A stretch of 64,000 bases of DNA from contig CP158635.1 in NCBI GenBank assembly GCA_050273025.1, positions 10,106,001-10,170,000 of the forward strand, given 5' to 3'. The translations under genes and the position numbers were made by a program. Origin of the DNA: Cenococcum geophilum. Its lineage: Eukaryota. Position 1 is the stretch's first letter. Every line of letters begins with the position of its first letter. The notes under the pieces are model-generated. The model was not told the origin of the DNA, made no database searches, and saw nothing but the letters and a program-made list of their open reading frames with translations. Positions 1-13,471 of the stretch are shown in pieces.

Positions 1-250
1 AAATGCATGTCGAAGATGGAAAGGGTGCTTGGAAGATTTTTGGACGCTGGTAGTCATCTAAGAAATCCGGAGAGGTAAGCATCAGCCCTAAGGCGTGCCC
101 TTATCTTGGTTACAGCCGCCTTGGTTTCGGTGGGCCGCCTGTGACGTCCGGGGGTGGCGCGAGTGTGGCCGTGATTACTATTTGCAAGGATCCGATACGC
201 TCGCCACCTAGGTAACCAATCGCTTAACGTCTGTCAGCTAGGGCTGCAGC

Positions 251-398
251 TACAAGGGCGACCTGAGCGGGCCACTCGCCCTCCCTGCAAGTTCTGGTGG
301 CATTATAGCCGTACACTTACTATTTCCCCAGGATATTACTATAATGTCATCAAAACTTGCAGGGAGGGCGAGTGGCCCGCTCAGGTTGCCCCCTTGTA
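251..398. mobile_element. Tc1/mariner-type MITE (TA-flanked, almost entirely inverted repeat)
   Basis: Left end TA-CAAGGGCGACCTGAGCGGGCCACTCGCCCTCCCTGCAAGTT. Right end is its reverse complement (AACTTGCAGGGAGGGCGAGTGGCCCGCTCAGGTTGCCCCCTTG-TA). Degenerate pairing continues inward. Confidence 0.8.
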
Positions 399-940
399 GT
401 AATCCTCAATAGAATAACTTTACCAAAATTAGGTAAATTCCAGCTGCCTTATGATTATTAAACCCATTTCGCTAGTGAGTTTACAATCTAAAATTTCATA
501 TCTTGGGCTAATAAGAAGAGTTAGCAAAAGAGATTATAGATTGTAGAAGGGAAATATTGTGAAGGGATTTAGAGGGTATATTGTTTGCGTTTCTATATTA
601 TCTTAGATTCCAAAGAAATAATATCCTACGACAATTCAGATTTCGAGTGATACATGCATATAGAACAATGATATAAAAAGACTTGATAAAAGGGAAATGT
701 AACTGGGCAAAGGAAAATGGTCATAAAAAGTTAGGAACTGCTGAGATGCAGTGATGATCGCGGACACATATCCTGACCTATCCTCGAACTCAAGCCTAGG
801 AAAGTGCTGTAGCTCGCGATCAGGCAAATATCAAAACCTCAGGTCCACCGAAGAAACCAGACAAAGCACAATACTCCCGACTAAAGCAAGTGCAGAGGTT
901 ACTTTTTCACGGGATCCACTCCCCAAATGGTATATGCTCC

Positions 941-2785
941 TCAAACCTCGGAACCTGCCAGCGGCGTTGCTGATGATGTATCTTCCACCATGGCAGTTGG
1001 CATTTCCATCGACATTTTTTCGGGGTTCATCATCCTTCGGCTGTATTTGCTCCTAGCTCGTAGCGTCGGCCCCCATTTGAACAGAACCCAGGGGATAGGC
1101 AGCAACGCAATTGAGATAAAGCCGAAGGTGCTCAGAGCCCAAGCGCCGGTCAGGTTAGTGAACACTAGGAATCATATCAGCATTATATCCTAGGCTGGGA
1201 GAAATCGGGATGAGAAAGGGGAAAGGAGGGGGATCTTACTTTGGAGAATCACGAGAGGAAGCACGCCAGCTAATAAGAGACGTATGGTCGCTGCTATAGT
1301 GAGGGCCGAGAGGGTTCCGGCTGGCGGGTACGCATCAAAGAGATACGCGACGAATGATATCTAGTGCCAAAAACATGAAATTAGGACTTTAAAACTTCAA
1401 GAAAACAGCATCTCGGATTGAATAAACTCACAGCCAAAGACAGACTGCCCCACACATAGAGCATCGTACCAAGTACAGGGCTAGGCCAGCGGATGGTTGG
1501 TTTGGCTGTCCAGCCAACCCAGAAGAGGGACGTGGTGATGAAGATACCGCCGAGCATTGCCGGGATAAGGCGATATTCGATAGCTAATGTTGCTCTCCTA
1601 TCCTTGGGAGTTCGGCGGTAAATTACCTGCTCAATGAGTATAGTCGTGATAGCTGCAAGAATCGATCCTACAACGGCAGCAATGAAAGCGAGCCCTGCTT
1701 GCTGGCCAGTGAATCCATAGACTGACTCGAGAACTACTGGAACGGTGATGAACCACTGAAAGACGACAGCGAAATTGAAACCGAGGTAGAGTGTGATGAG
1801 TATTACGACCGGTTCGGTGAGTAGCATGTCAATAGGGTTGAGAACAGTAATCTTGATCATCTGTGCAAGGGTCACTCCACTCTCGGCCGGCGGCTGATTA
1901 GGAGGAGCAAGGCCACGGCGCCTGTTTCTCCGTCTGGGAATTTCTCTTCCGTAAGTCTCAGGTATGCCAACGCCAAACATAAACACGACGAGGGTTATCA
2001 TCAATGTGACCCATTGTGTCCATCGCCATCCTTTCGCGGCAACAACAAAACCGCCAACTATAGGTCCTGCAAGAATAATAATAATTAGCATCTAGATAAA
2101 ATTTAGCCGGAACAAAAGCCATACCAACGGCCGCTCCCATGTACGAAGCCAACCCCAAAATAGAATAGTATGTGTTCGTCGTTTCGGCAGACCAGATATC
2201 AGCAAATGTGCCTTCGATGAGAACGAGGCAAGGACCACCAAAGAAACCAGCAAAGAACCGACAGACGGCAAGGCTTCCGAAATTTGTGGAGAGTCCAGCA
2301 CCTAGCGTAAAAAGAGCGAATAGGAAGAGGCTGGTTAGATATATTATCGAGCGACCAACCCGTTCGGCAACATGTGGTGTATAGATTGGCGCGAAGTGAA
2401 TTCCAAAGAGATATAAGGACATCCCAAGAATTGCGACAGAAGTCGAGAGGTTGAACTTTGTGGCCACCTCAGAGATTCCGGCAGTATACGATGTCAGTCC
2501 GAAAGCCCTGGAATGCTTGTCAGATTAAGTCCGTAATAAGAGGCTGGTATATACGCGCACAACAAACGCAAATGCCCACGACACGGCTGAGGCGTAAACC
2601 CGCCGGTATAATGGCCAGTTCATTGGATTGTCTGGATCAGTCGGAGAGAGCTGATGAGATAGTATGGTGGAAGTAGACAGGTGGTTGGGTATCTTTCCTT
2701 CCATCATGCCGTGCATCTGAGTGCTGGAAGTGATAGTTTCTCTCATTGAGTCCGCCATAGTAGGCATATGGCCGTCGTGTTCCAT
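941..2785 (-). CDS. MFS drug:H+ antiporter (DHA1 family), about 5 exons
   Basis: ORF pieces 2525-2785 (DPDNPMNWP), 1958-2467 (ERVGR motif A, RFFAGFFG), 1381-2091 (GPIVGGF..GWRW, PETY, EYRLIPAM) and 941-1165 (PWVLFKWGPTLRARSKY) join via short introns. Confidence 0.9.
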
Positions 2786-3971
2786 TATGCTGCGATCGAT
2801 GACGGTTGAGATATAATGATGAATAGAAACTGCTTGGGGCTAGGGTTGAAGAGTAGATAAATGGAAATTGTGTGTTGACTTATTGATAGCGACAGGAGAT
2901 TCGGAGTCTTATATACTAGAACTACACCCTAATGTAAACAGCACAGCTGCAGATCACTAAGAAGTGACAAATATGGTTCAAGAACAGCCTCTGATGATGA
3001 TGCGCCTCAATTCTAGCGCCCGCTGCATAGACTCGGTGCTAAAAGAATGCCGAATTACCTGCTTCGACAGCGATACAATTGCAGTTAGCCAATTAGAGCG
3101 AGGGCACATTTACAGTTTCTCGCAAAAAGCCTCTTCAGGGCCTGAATGATAGGTGGCATTGTATTGGATGATTCCATATCACCCTGGTGGTAAGACCTGC
3201 AGCTGCCCAGGAAATGGTTAAGGAATCCTCGAACAGTGCACACGGAATATCCAATGCTACATGGAGACTGCCAATGTTTCCAAACTAAGATGATAATCTT
3301 TGGGTGGGCTGAGTATGAAACGTGGAATATTTGGAGACCCTGGTTGATGATGGAATCAAAATGTACCCTAATTGGAGTGGCTAGGCCAGAAACGTTCGTC
3401 ACGGGAGTCAGCGGAGCCTCAGGTGCGAATCAGCAAACGGTGCAGCACAAGTTTGTAATTAGAGTAAGACGTAACAGATCCAGCAGGCAGGCTATAGTTG
3501 CTTGCAGCTATTTAAAATAATTGTCGATCTTTGGAAGCATGAAGCCGACACGGGTTGACGCGTGCATTCCGTTGGCTTCAGCTCCGTGCATCACCCAGCC
3601 GTCGGAGGGTAATTGCAAGATATGTCGACCAGTGGGTTCTAGACCATTAGCATACCTCAATTGCAGTTGTTCTCTTCACAGAAGCGCAATGAGCGGAATC
3701 ATAGTAGGTGGAAAGTTGGGATCGCAGCTAGGGAAGACCAAAGCTCGAGAGATCAGCCATCACAACAGCACAGAAGGTTGGGCCTGCGTTACCGATAGTG
3801 AAATAGCGCGGTTTAGAGTGTCAAGTCGCGCCAAGCAACGGGACAATCAAAACAAGGCTAGTGCCCGGCAACGAAAACGCATCACCAAACACCGCACCGC
3901 GCCCTTACACCAAATCTGTTTACCCATGCGTTATCCGAGCCCTCTCCCACAGCAATAACACCACCTGAACC

Positions 3972-6900
3972 ATGGAGGAACAGGCGGCTACCCTCCTTGC
4001 GACATTGAAAAAACCCTCCACAGCCGTCGATACCAAAATTGTTCTGTTCAACAACCTGAAGTCCAACATCAAGCACCTTAGAGTTCCTGAGGCCTCACAG
4101 GCTCCTATCTTCGAATGCATTAGGCTTGCAATCAGTGCTTCAACCTCCGCATCATTGGTCTCTACAGGCTTTTCAACCATTGGCCACCTTGTCAAGCGTT
4201 TGGTCCTACAGAATCAGACGACTATCCTCACCTCGCAGACCAACCGTCTCCTGCCCATTCTCCTTGATCGACTTGGCGACGCTAGGGAAAGCCACCGCAA
4301 TGCTGCCTCTCAAATTCTGGCCGACCTTTGGCCATTTGCTCACAATGAGGTGGAGGCTCTAATCAAGGATAATGCTATGAAGGGTACAAATGCGCGAGCA
4401 AAGGAAGTGTCAATGCAGTGGTTGGTGAATGTAATTAATAATTCGTCACAATTCATGTTGATGAGTTGAGCATGAGATTTGACACTTCTACAGATGAACA
4501 AGAGCGAGGGATTGCAATTCCGCAGCTTTGTTCCATTGATTGTCGCCAATCTGGAAGATTCCGATGGCGTCGTTAGAGAAACTGCAAAATCTGCGGTTGT
4601 GGAACTATTTCGGTATGTCTTAGCTTATAGTTTGTGCATATTGAGACAGGTGCTAACTTATTCTACAGCTCAGCACCAGAGCATGCAAAGGCCGACCTAA
4701 AGAAGCAGCTAGTCAATCATAATGTCAGAAAAACGATCGCATCGTACATAGTATCACAACTGAGCTGCTCGGCACCTCCAGAAACTGATATGAAAACTTC
4801 GACGACTTCCATTGCAACTACCTCGGCAGACTCTGTCAACCCGGATATGGGGTTCGCTGATAGCATGATGTCTGAAGCTCCTCCTCCCACAGAAGTTGTG
4901 CCAATGGATCCGATATATCTTCATACGCAGAGAGAGCTAGACGAGATATTCCGGGAGATGACACCACATTTTGAAGGGAGAGAGACAGAGCAGAATTGGC
5001 TAGCCCGTGATAAAAGTACTCTGAAACTAAGGCGGATCACCAAGGGCAATGCTCCTTCGGAGTTCCATGGCGCATTCATCTCTGGTGTTAAATCATTGCT
5101 GGATGGAATCCTGAAAGTAGCAAACTCTCTCCGTACGACGATGTCGACGAATGGGTGTCAATTGATTCAAGAACTTGCTAGAACCTTGGGATCTGCTATG
5201 GATCCGTGGACCGAAATCCTTCTGCAGAATTTTATCAAGATGTGTGCAGCAACGAAGAATATTGCAGCTCAGAACGGTAATACTACGGTGGACACGATAT
5301 TCTCTAATGTTTCATACAACAGCCGACTTTTGCAACACGTTTCTTTTGCATCTCAGGATAAAAATGTGCAACCTCGAATATTCTCCTCAGGGTGGCTCAA
5401 GACTCTTATTAAGAAACATAGATCGCACATTGAACACTCTGGAGGTCTGGAGCTTGTGGAAAAGACCCTTAAAAAAGGACTAGCTGATGCTAATCCCAAA
5501 GTCCGGGAAGGCTCAAGGGCGGCTTACTGGATGTTCGCTCAAGCCTGGCCCCAACGGGGCGAAGCGTACGTTTGCATAACGGATGTTTGTATAAATGCTA
5601 ATTAAGTTTCAGAATTATGGCCACTCTCGACCCGAAGTCCAAAGGACTCCTTGAAAAAGACTCTAATAATCCTAATGCTTCCTTGGCTTCATCCCAAATC
5701 AGCAGTGTGGGATCCATTTCAAAATCTGTAGGATCAGCTGGCCCTGCAGCAGCCCGATCTGCTTTGAAAGAGAAGATTGCAGAGCAGAAGAGAGCGAAAA
5801 TGGCTGCTGCTAGGAATCTACCGGAACGGCCCAGTTCGGCCCTGGCAACCTTTTCACCAGTAAAATCGCAATCCACAATATCGCTTAACACACGAATGCA
5901 ACCTCCTACATCTGGCACATCACACGCACCGCGACCACCCTCAGCAATGTCCACCGCAACGTCAGCGAGATCTGCTTTAGCGTCATCAAATGCGAATGGA
6001 TCTAGTTCCCTAATGTCAGCGCCCCTAAGGCCACCTCGCAGACCTGAACTAGCACGGCCTGCGACGGCTGATCCGTACGCGAGCAGGCGTAAAGCGAAGA
6101 ATGCTACACCTTCGATGACTCCAGAGAAAACCCCCGCTAGAGACACCGTTAAGAAATCGGTACCTCCAAAGAGCACTGTTCGATCCCGCACTGCTCCAGG
6201 ACAGAGCCCGAACGTAAGCCCCATTAGAAGCAAGTCTAGATTAGACCAAATGACGACCCACCGCAAAACACCTAGCTCGGAAAGTACACGAATTCCTACC
6301 CCAGCAGGTAGTCCTTCCAAGAACGAGGACTTGACTATGGTTATGCCTCTTGGAAAGCTGCCAAACCATAATGAACCAGGCCTGATGCCATTAAGGAGAA
6401 GGCCAGTAATTGATAAGACAGTTTCGGTCGACAGTGGAGTTGCCAATGTTACGGAGGATGATGGATTCACGATAGTTATACCAAACATGCAGCTGCCACA
6501 GCCATCCACACAACCGACGCAATGCAGCCCACCGAAATCTATATCTAGTCGACTAGATTTTGGAAGTCCTCGTACTATAGGGATCTCGGCGAATGGCATT
6601 TCTCTTGAAGCTACACATAGTCCTCGACTTAGATCACCAGACCATGCACTAGCGCAAGGCGGTGATGCTAGCGTAGTTCAGCCAGATGAAGTCCAGGTAT
6701 ACGAGGACCCGTTCGTTGGCGAGGAGCCTGATACCCTACCCACAGATTCTGAGAAACCAGTGTTGGAAGAGCTACCTCTCAATGAGAAGAACCTGGAGCG
6801 TCGACTAAGCGATGCTAGTGTCAGTAGTAACACTATTGTAGGTGACAGTGTAGCACGAACAGAAGAGCACTCAAGAAGCCATCGCAAAGCCACCGGCACT

Positions 6901-7773
6901 GGCAGCATCATAGCAGCCGATAGCAACGACGCCCCACCAATGCAAGACCGGACCGAAGTCCTCCGAAACCGCCGACTCCTTGCCAGTGGTATTGACCGCA
7001 TCCGCGCCAAGACACTCGATGCCCACGGTTTCCGCCGCCTACAAGACCTCGTCAAGGGCAACCAAGACATCTGGGGCACCGACGGCGAGCGGTTCGGCGA
7101 GCTCCTCCTCGCGCTCCTGGACTACCTCGAAGCACCCAACGAAGCCCTCAAAGTCCCCGCAGGCAAAGCACCGAACCTGAAAGTCCAAGTCCTGGCTACA
7201 ATCCGCGCGATGCTAGCACTCTACCGCAAAGAGACCGCTGTGTACTATTCCCGCGCTCTGTGCGCCATCCTTCAGACGAAATCGCACTACGACTGCACGT
7301 CGCACATCACGACGGACCTCGAGAACACGGCCGACGAGATTGTGCGCTACGGCCAAACGAGCGACTGTCTCAACGCGGTCCTCGACCTCGTCGAGTCCTC
7401 CGCGCCCGCCTTCGCCTCCTCCACCCCCACCACCCCGTCTCCGCCGCCCGCTGACGCCTCCGCCCCAGCCCCTGCGCCCGTCCCCAACCGCACCACGACG
7501 ATGAGCCTGCACGTGCTCGCGCAGCTGCTGCAGGTCGCGGCGACGAAAAACGCCGCCATTACGTCGGTGCAGACGCAGCGGCTCGGGCGTCTCGCGGTGA
7601 GGTTCCTCGACGATACGGATCCGGATGTGCGGAAGGCTGACCTGGATTTTTGCATCGCGCTGCATGAGCGCATCGGCGGCGAGAAGGATGTATTCTGGAA
7701 GGCGGTGGCGGGCGCGCGGGAGCAGCATCTGAATCTCATCACGTATTTCCTTGCGCGGAGGGGCAAGGCGTGA
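3972..7773 (+). CDS. STU1: CLASP-family microtubule-associated protein Stu1, about 4 exons
   Basis: N-terminal HEAT/TOG-like repeats; CLASP_N region (FEGRETEQNW..R..LRRITKGNAP, SLRTTMSTNGCQL); S/P/R-rich middle; C-terminal helical domain ending NLITYFL. Introns near 4431-4493, 4613-4673 and 5566-5612. Confidence 0.93.
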
Positions 7774-8665
7774 GAGAGGTGCTGGTTGCGGGAGCTGAGG
7801 GTTGGGGATTCGCTCGACTTTTTTGGGGGGTCTTTTACTGTTCTTGGGAGAGAGGACAGTGTTTTGTGAGGGATTTCTCCTCTGGTGTTTTGGGGTAGGC
7901 TTTGGGTGAGTGGGGTTTTGGAAGGTTTTTTTGCTGTTTCTTTTGGGATTCAAAAAGGGGTGTCTTCGACTTAGTCTTTGTAATTGTATAGCCTGGGTAG
8001 TGGATTTGATAGTTAATATGGCCTTTTTGTTCAGGGGTGCGGTGTTTACGTTGTGATGATGAGAGAGCAAAGGGATGAAGTGGAGGAGGGAGGCAGGGTA
8101 AGAGCGGAAGGTGAGTTGGTCTCTTTTGATTCAAGGGCGAGTCATGCGAATTTCTCCTAAAGACAAAAAGAGACGGGACCGTGCTGACGGAGTTTTTTTA
8201 CGTGCTAAAGAATGAATTCTAGGAAAATACCGTAGCAAGAGACAGGAAAGTAGAGTTGAAGGAACGAATCAGGTGTCACCAATATCCAGTCTGTGACTAT
8301 GAAAAGCCACACAGCTGACATCTTTGTCTAACATGTTCAAACATAAGAAATTACGAGATGCTAACATCCCGCTGGATCGAACATTACTCTAAGCAGAAAA
8401 ACCGTCCCAAGATTTGTTCAGCCATCGAACTCTAACTTACGACCTTATGGCCAGTTCCATTTTATCTTCCTAACACCAAAGCCTTCTCTAGACGCCTTTA
8501 TACGGGACAATGACGGCGTTTACAGTTCTTCTGTCAATCTCCTTGTAAACCGATTTGAGGTTTATTGGATGGGTCCTTAAGTGCATTGTCATGAGGTAAC
8601 AGTGTAGATGAGGGCGTTTGGTATGCGTGGAATAGTTAAGTAGCGTGTTCTGTGTCAAGAACTCA

Positions 8666-9269
8666 TTAATAAATTCCATCGACGACGGGAGGGGGTCGGT
8701 AGTTATTACTTGGTCCAGGGGTTCGAGGCACCGACGTGGATTCGGATTTCACTAGATTGACTGAAGTGGCTGATAAACCAGTGGCTGTGTTCTGATCTTG
8801 TTGTGGTCCGGTAGGACTTTGGAGCGTAAGATCACGAGCTGGTGATGGGATTGGAGGATCCCGGGTTGCGGCAAACTCATCGGAAGTGGTATGGGATGGT
8901 GGAGGTAGAGATGGAAGTATGTGAACCGGGAACTCATCTGAATACAATGAGAAGTGCTCTGGTAGACATGGGGAATGGTAATTTACTGTCAATTGAGATA
9001 GTATTTTCGGTTCCGTCCAAGCCAAGTGCATGTGATGGAGATTGAATACTTCTCCTATATTGAAGGTATGCGAGCACAAAGGAGCCCAACGCGATAAAAA
9101 TTCCTATGATACTGATTGTAATATTCTGAAGCGAGGACTGGTCGGTGTTAGTTAGGTTGAGACTTGGGTTTGGGCTTGTTCCATTGGCACGGCGAAGAAG
9201 AGAATGGGAAACCATGGCAGATGGAATTTGAGGGGGAATAAGTGATGGAAGGAAGTAAAGTGGCGCCAT
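8666..9269 (-). CDS. Small single-pass membrane protein, array paralog A (184 aa; exons 9269-8987 and 8937-8666)
   Basis: MAPLYF...QSSLQNITISIIGIFIALGSFVLAYLQYRR. A 49-nt phase-1 intron (GTAAAT...CAG) joins ORF 8934-9350 to ORF 8666-9079 (LPSLPPPSHTTSDEFAATRDPPIPS). Homologous to three nearby copies. Confidence 0.75.
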
Positions 9270-9801
9270 GTTCGTTCGGTTGAATTCTGGATCCAGAGAA
9301 GAGAAGGAAAATGTCGAGATATTGTCGAGATATATATCTGTAGGTATCAAAGCGAAAGTAACATGACGTGCCGACGGGGCTGTTTCACTTGATCCCTACA
9401 GGCTGGCGCAAATAATTTCTGAGGATCGACGACGCAGCTCCCACCTGAAAGGTTGCCCCTGGCTGTAGAGCCCGTACCTGCGCCAGCCCACGCTAAGAGG
9501 CCGTATCACTCAACGCCCACACATTTATTTGTCGTGTCTAACGTCTTGCCCTACCTGCCAGTCTGCAACTCGCTCGTACGGCCTTTACCGGCGACATGCT
9601 ATCACATCCCTATCGTACTCCTCGCCCCAGCGTGCGGCCAATGTCCTATGCCCTCTAGAGCAAGCCACGAAGCCGTCCAGCGCCCTAGCGCGGCCTTCCT
9701 GTGCACAGCCAAAACGCGCGAACTAGCCGTGCCTCCGTTGCTGCACTCGATATGGAGAGCAGCCAGTCACGGGCGTCCGTCGGCGGTGAATGTCGCGAGT
9801 C

Positions 9802-10111
9802 TACACCATCTCGTCAGTAAGGCCGTGTGCACCTGGGTGGGGTTTGTGGGTTCGGTTAAGGCACCAAGGCAGAAGTTATTAATTAGGCCTGCACCATTAA
9901 AACACAACCCAAATTAACTAAAAAAAGTCGTGAATATAATAGCGAAGACCTTACTTTAGCGCTATTAAATAGATAATAATAAAAAAGGTCTTTGTTGTGG
10001 ATATGTTGATGGCAATTCAAATTTGGTGGGTGTGGCAAGACCGCACTCACAAACTGCACCCCGGTGTGTAGACGTGGCTGCGCTAACCACCGGAATTGAC
10101 GAGATGGTGTA
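9802..10111. mobile_element. TA-flanked MITE with CACCA termini (Tc1/mariner-like)
   Basis: TIR TA-CACCATCTCGTCA ... TGACGAGATGGTG-TA with AT-rich interior. The right end recurs inverted at 19327-19372. Confidence 0.7.
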
Positions 10112-10691
10112 GAGAGAAACATCAGTTAGTTCTCTCGATCGAGGATCACGTGAAGTCCACATTTCCCACCTTCCCCTCGCCAAACGTAAAGTTGCCGAAA
10201 GCGTACCTGCACAGCACTCCCATTCGGCGTACTAGGGCTGGAGCAAATGGAGCCAGCCACACGAAAGCATCCAACCTGCTTTTGTGATCACTTCTGCTCC
10301 CCTCTAATGCAACGATACAAGAATCAATAGCTGTTAGATAAGAATAGGAATACATTAAGCAGCTTCTAAAATAACCGTCATCCAACCCAACCGAACTCAA
10401 CTCCAAGCAAAAAGAACCGTCACCATATTTGTTTGACCACCAAACTTCAGCGCATAACGCCGCTATTAGCCCCATTGTATCCTACCAACGTTTGCCTCCA
10501 ACACCTTAATTCAGGAAGACCACATCCTTTATTGTACTTGCTTAAGCGCCATATTCACCAAAGGGGCTCGTTAGGCGGGTCGTCTAGTGCAACATCAAGC
10601 GGCAATCTTGTAGGTGAGGGTGTTTGGTATGTGTGAGATGACTGGTAAGAAGGTGGTTGTGTAGACAGCCCTGTACTCGGAGGTCAATAAG

Positions 10692-11284
10692 TTATGCTAC
10701 GATGGAGGGGAAAGATATGTCCTTACCGAGTGGAGTTGCTGGCGAAGGTGAGCGCAGTTCGAGCTCTACGCAATCGGCTGAAGCTGTAGATGAAGGAGCA
10801 GCAATTCCACCATGGCCCTGAAGTGGATGGCTGGAAGGTTTAGGTGCGTGAGCACGTGTCTGGGATGAGATTGGAGAGTCCCCGGATACGGCAAGGCTAT
10901 CGGAAGTGGTACGGGCTGGAGGTGGAGGCGACAGTGCTTCGAACACAAATGGATCTGTACATGTTCAGAAATACTCGAGCGGAGATAGATAAGCATCAAT
11001 AGGCCTACCATCGAATGGTGCAGCATCTTGGTCTTCGTGGACATTAGGTACTCCTGATCTAGAGGCAACAGCTCTTCGGTATTGGAGATAGGCAACTATA
11101 AGGGTAGCTAAGGCAATACAGGTTGCTAAGACGCCAAATGTAATATTCTGGATTGAGGACTGGTTCACTTGATGAAGGTGGAATATAGAAATCGGGGCGC
11201 TATAAACCGTGCGGTACTTAAAGTGGTGGAGGGCTGCTAGAGAAAAAGACTCCCGAAAGGGAAAGATACTGGTATTGGTGCCAT
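10692..11284 (-). pseudogene. Array paralog B, probably frameshifted near the 5' end (intron 11008-10955)
   Basis: QSSIQNITFGVLATCIALATLIVAYLQYRR; 54-nt phase-1 intron; exon 2 reads DPFVFEALSPPPPARTTSDSLAVSGDSPISS. The MAP.. ATG at 11284 hits TAG at 11239-11237 unless one base is added in the T run at 11243-11247. Confidence 0.65.
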
Positions 11285-12516
11285 GCCAATAGTAAAATAT
11301 GAATATGGAGAGAGCGATCAGGGTGTTGAAGGAATGAATGAAAAATCAAATTTAATGAGTCTTGCGAGCCTTTAATAAAATCCTTCGATGAGCCACTTGG
11401 GCAAGAAACAGGGATCGCCGAACATACGCTGACAAGACTACGATCTTTTGTGGGCTGCAGTATGCTCAGAGCTGCAGTCTGTGGTGGTAAATCGTCCGAT
11501 GACAGGGCAGGTACCCTTCCGGGGATTAGGCGAGCACGGCAGTGAGGGTAATTGTGTTTCGGCTTGAGAAATCTAACCGAATTATTAGAATGGGGGGTGG
11601 TGAGCACGATAGTGTAGGCCTTCCTCCTATAAGATGAGGTTAAACGCCTAAGAAATGTTATGCACGATTCGTCTTCATCTAGGCTAACGCTTTGCGTCGC
11701 TAGCGGCATGCAGCATGGAAACTTTATGACGATACAAGGGGGCTGCATGTGCACACTGCTTATTCTTTTTGCCACCCCCAACTGCCCTGAATACTACTCC
11801 ATTGCCTCATCTGTGGCACGGGTAACCTCGACAAACAGCTGTAGCCGGATTCCATGGCATTCCACCAATCCTGTCAGCTCTTGTTTACATCGTTGATTCA
11901 ACCTACTTTGTGGAGCGCTTCGCAAATTACTACTATCTTGCTCAACCCCAGCATCAGTAGGAGTACGAGAGGTCAAACTTAAAACTCTCTGCCGAGGATC
12001 AAAGCGCTGCTGTAAAATAGTCTTGTCAGTTCATTAAATCTGCCTTTCACGGCCCCAAACGACAAACACGCTTCTGGTGGTAGCCATGCACTCGCCCAAC
12101 TCCCCAGACTGGCTAGCCTGCCCAGCGCCAGCAGAAGGAGGATGATGTGCGTTGATGCGTTTCCTTCTGTAGGCCGCGCAGAGGCAGGGGTTCGCTCCCA
12201 ATTGCCCTTTATGATTTGCTGCACGTCGACTTAGGGTGATCATTCACACCAACACACGCAACTACACACATATCAGTGGCTGTTCTGGCTGTTCTTACCC
12301 ACATCGCTGCCAGGCCACGGGCTTGATATACCCTCCCAGGCCCGCTCGCTGCCACTGTGTAATGTCGTCCTGTGCCTCGAGCTGTTGACGGCTTCCAATC
12401 TCCTCTCGTCCCTTCGTCCCTGCGTCGTCCAGGCCTCAACTGCCCAAGCTCCAAGCAACCGTCAAATTTCTCTCCCGCGCGCGACATCCGCCACCGCCGG
12501 TCAGCACCGCCCACCC

Positions 12517-12646
12517 TAACCCTCTCACTCCAACCCTCTTACTCCAACCCTCTTACTCCAACCCTCTTACTCCAACCCTCTTACTCCAACTCTCTTACTC
12601 CAACCCTCTTACTCCAACCCTCCTACTCCAACCCTCTTGCTTCAAC
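12517..12646 (+). repeat. 14-bp minisatellite (ACTCCAACCCTCTT) x about 9
   Basis: Direct tandem copies visible with few substitutions. Confidence 0.9.
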
Positions 12647-13471
12647 GGGTCTTCATCTACCTAAACCAGCAGTACCCCGGTCGGGTAGCCAATTAATTCT
12701 CCAACGCATCTCAAATCTGCCTTGCCGAAAACTATGATGTGCGCCGGGCTCGTCGCCTTGAACTTACCACTCCCTGCTGGTTCGGCTCCGCGCCAATACA
12801 AGTCCCACCCAACGCGCTGTCAGATCACTAAAGAAATCCTTCGAGCCTAGCATTCCTTCGCTTCTCCGATTAGTCTATTTTCCTCGCATAAAGCAAATCG
12901 TATTTTCAGCCTCAGCCTACATAAGGTCGTTCCCAGCCTTACAACCTTTGATTTTAGCCTTGTATGTTCAGAACTATATGTGTGGGAAGATAGCTCATAC
13001 TCATTTCTTTTCGAGTTAGAATACAGAAAAATAATCACGTCTCGGTCCTAACCTTGCTGTTCCAAACACTACGAGGTCTCAAAGTAGCCCCCGCACAAGT
13101 AGATCCAATCCAGATGTTCGACGTAGAGCAGACAACTCGGTCACTCTAAGGACTAGCTGTATAGCATCGACTGTACAAAAGCACCGCTAGATCTATCCAA
13201 ACCTAGCACCCATTTTATCATATCATACCAGCACCAATACTCTCCTCGAATACCACCCTAAAATGAAGACAGTAGTCATTATACTCATTCAAGAATCCTG
13301 TCCGCCAGTATTGTCTTCATTAAAGCAAGAAGTATTTATGTGTGGAGTGTCGTGAAATTAATTCAAGGCAGTGGGTGGCAAAGTTGGTGGAGACAATGTA
13401 AGTTCCATCTGTACTCTAACGGTTGTAGTGGTGTATAGAGAAGCATCGTTTCTATCATGTTCCTGTGTTAG

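Noticed and set aside
841..866. Duplicated MFS fragment (GFFGGP) downstream of the MFS gene
   Set aside because: Only ~25 bp similar to 2231-2255 with no extension; may be chance.
5598..8070. Long antisense ORFs over STU1 (also over MCM3, KH, rhodanese and the S/T-rich gene)
   Set aside because: Shadow frames of real genes in GC-rich DNA with no recognisable motifs.
12517..12646. CRISPR array or telomere
   Set aside because: No unique spacers and not a TTAGGG array; an ordinary minisatellite in a eukaryote.
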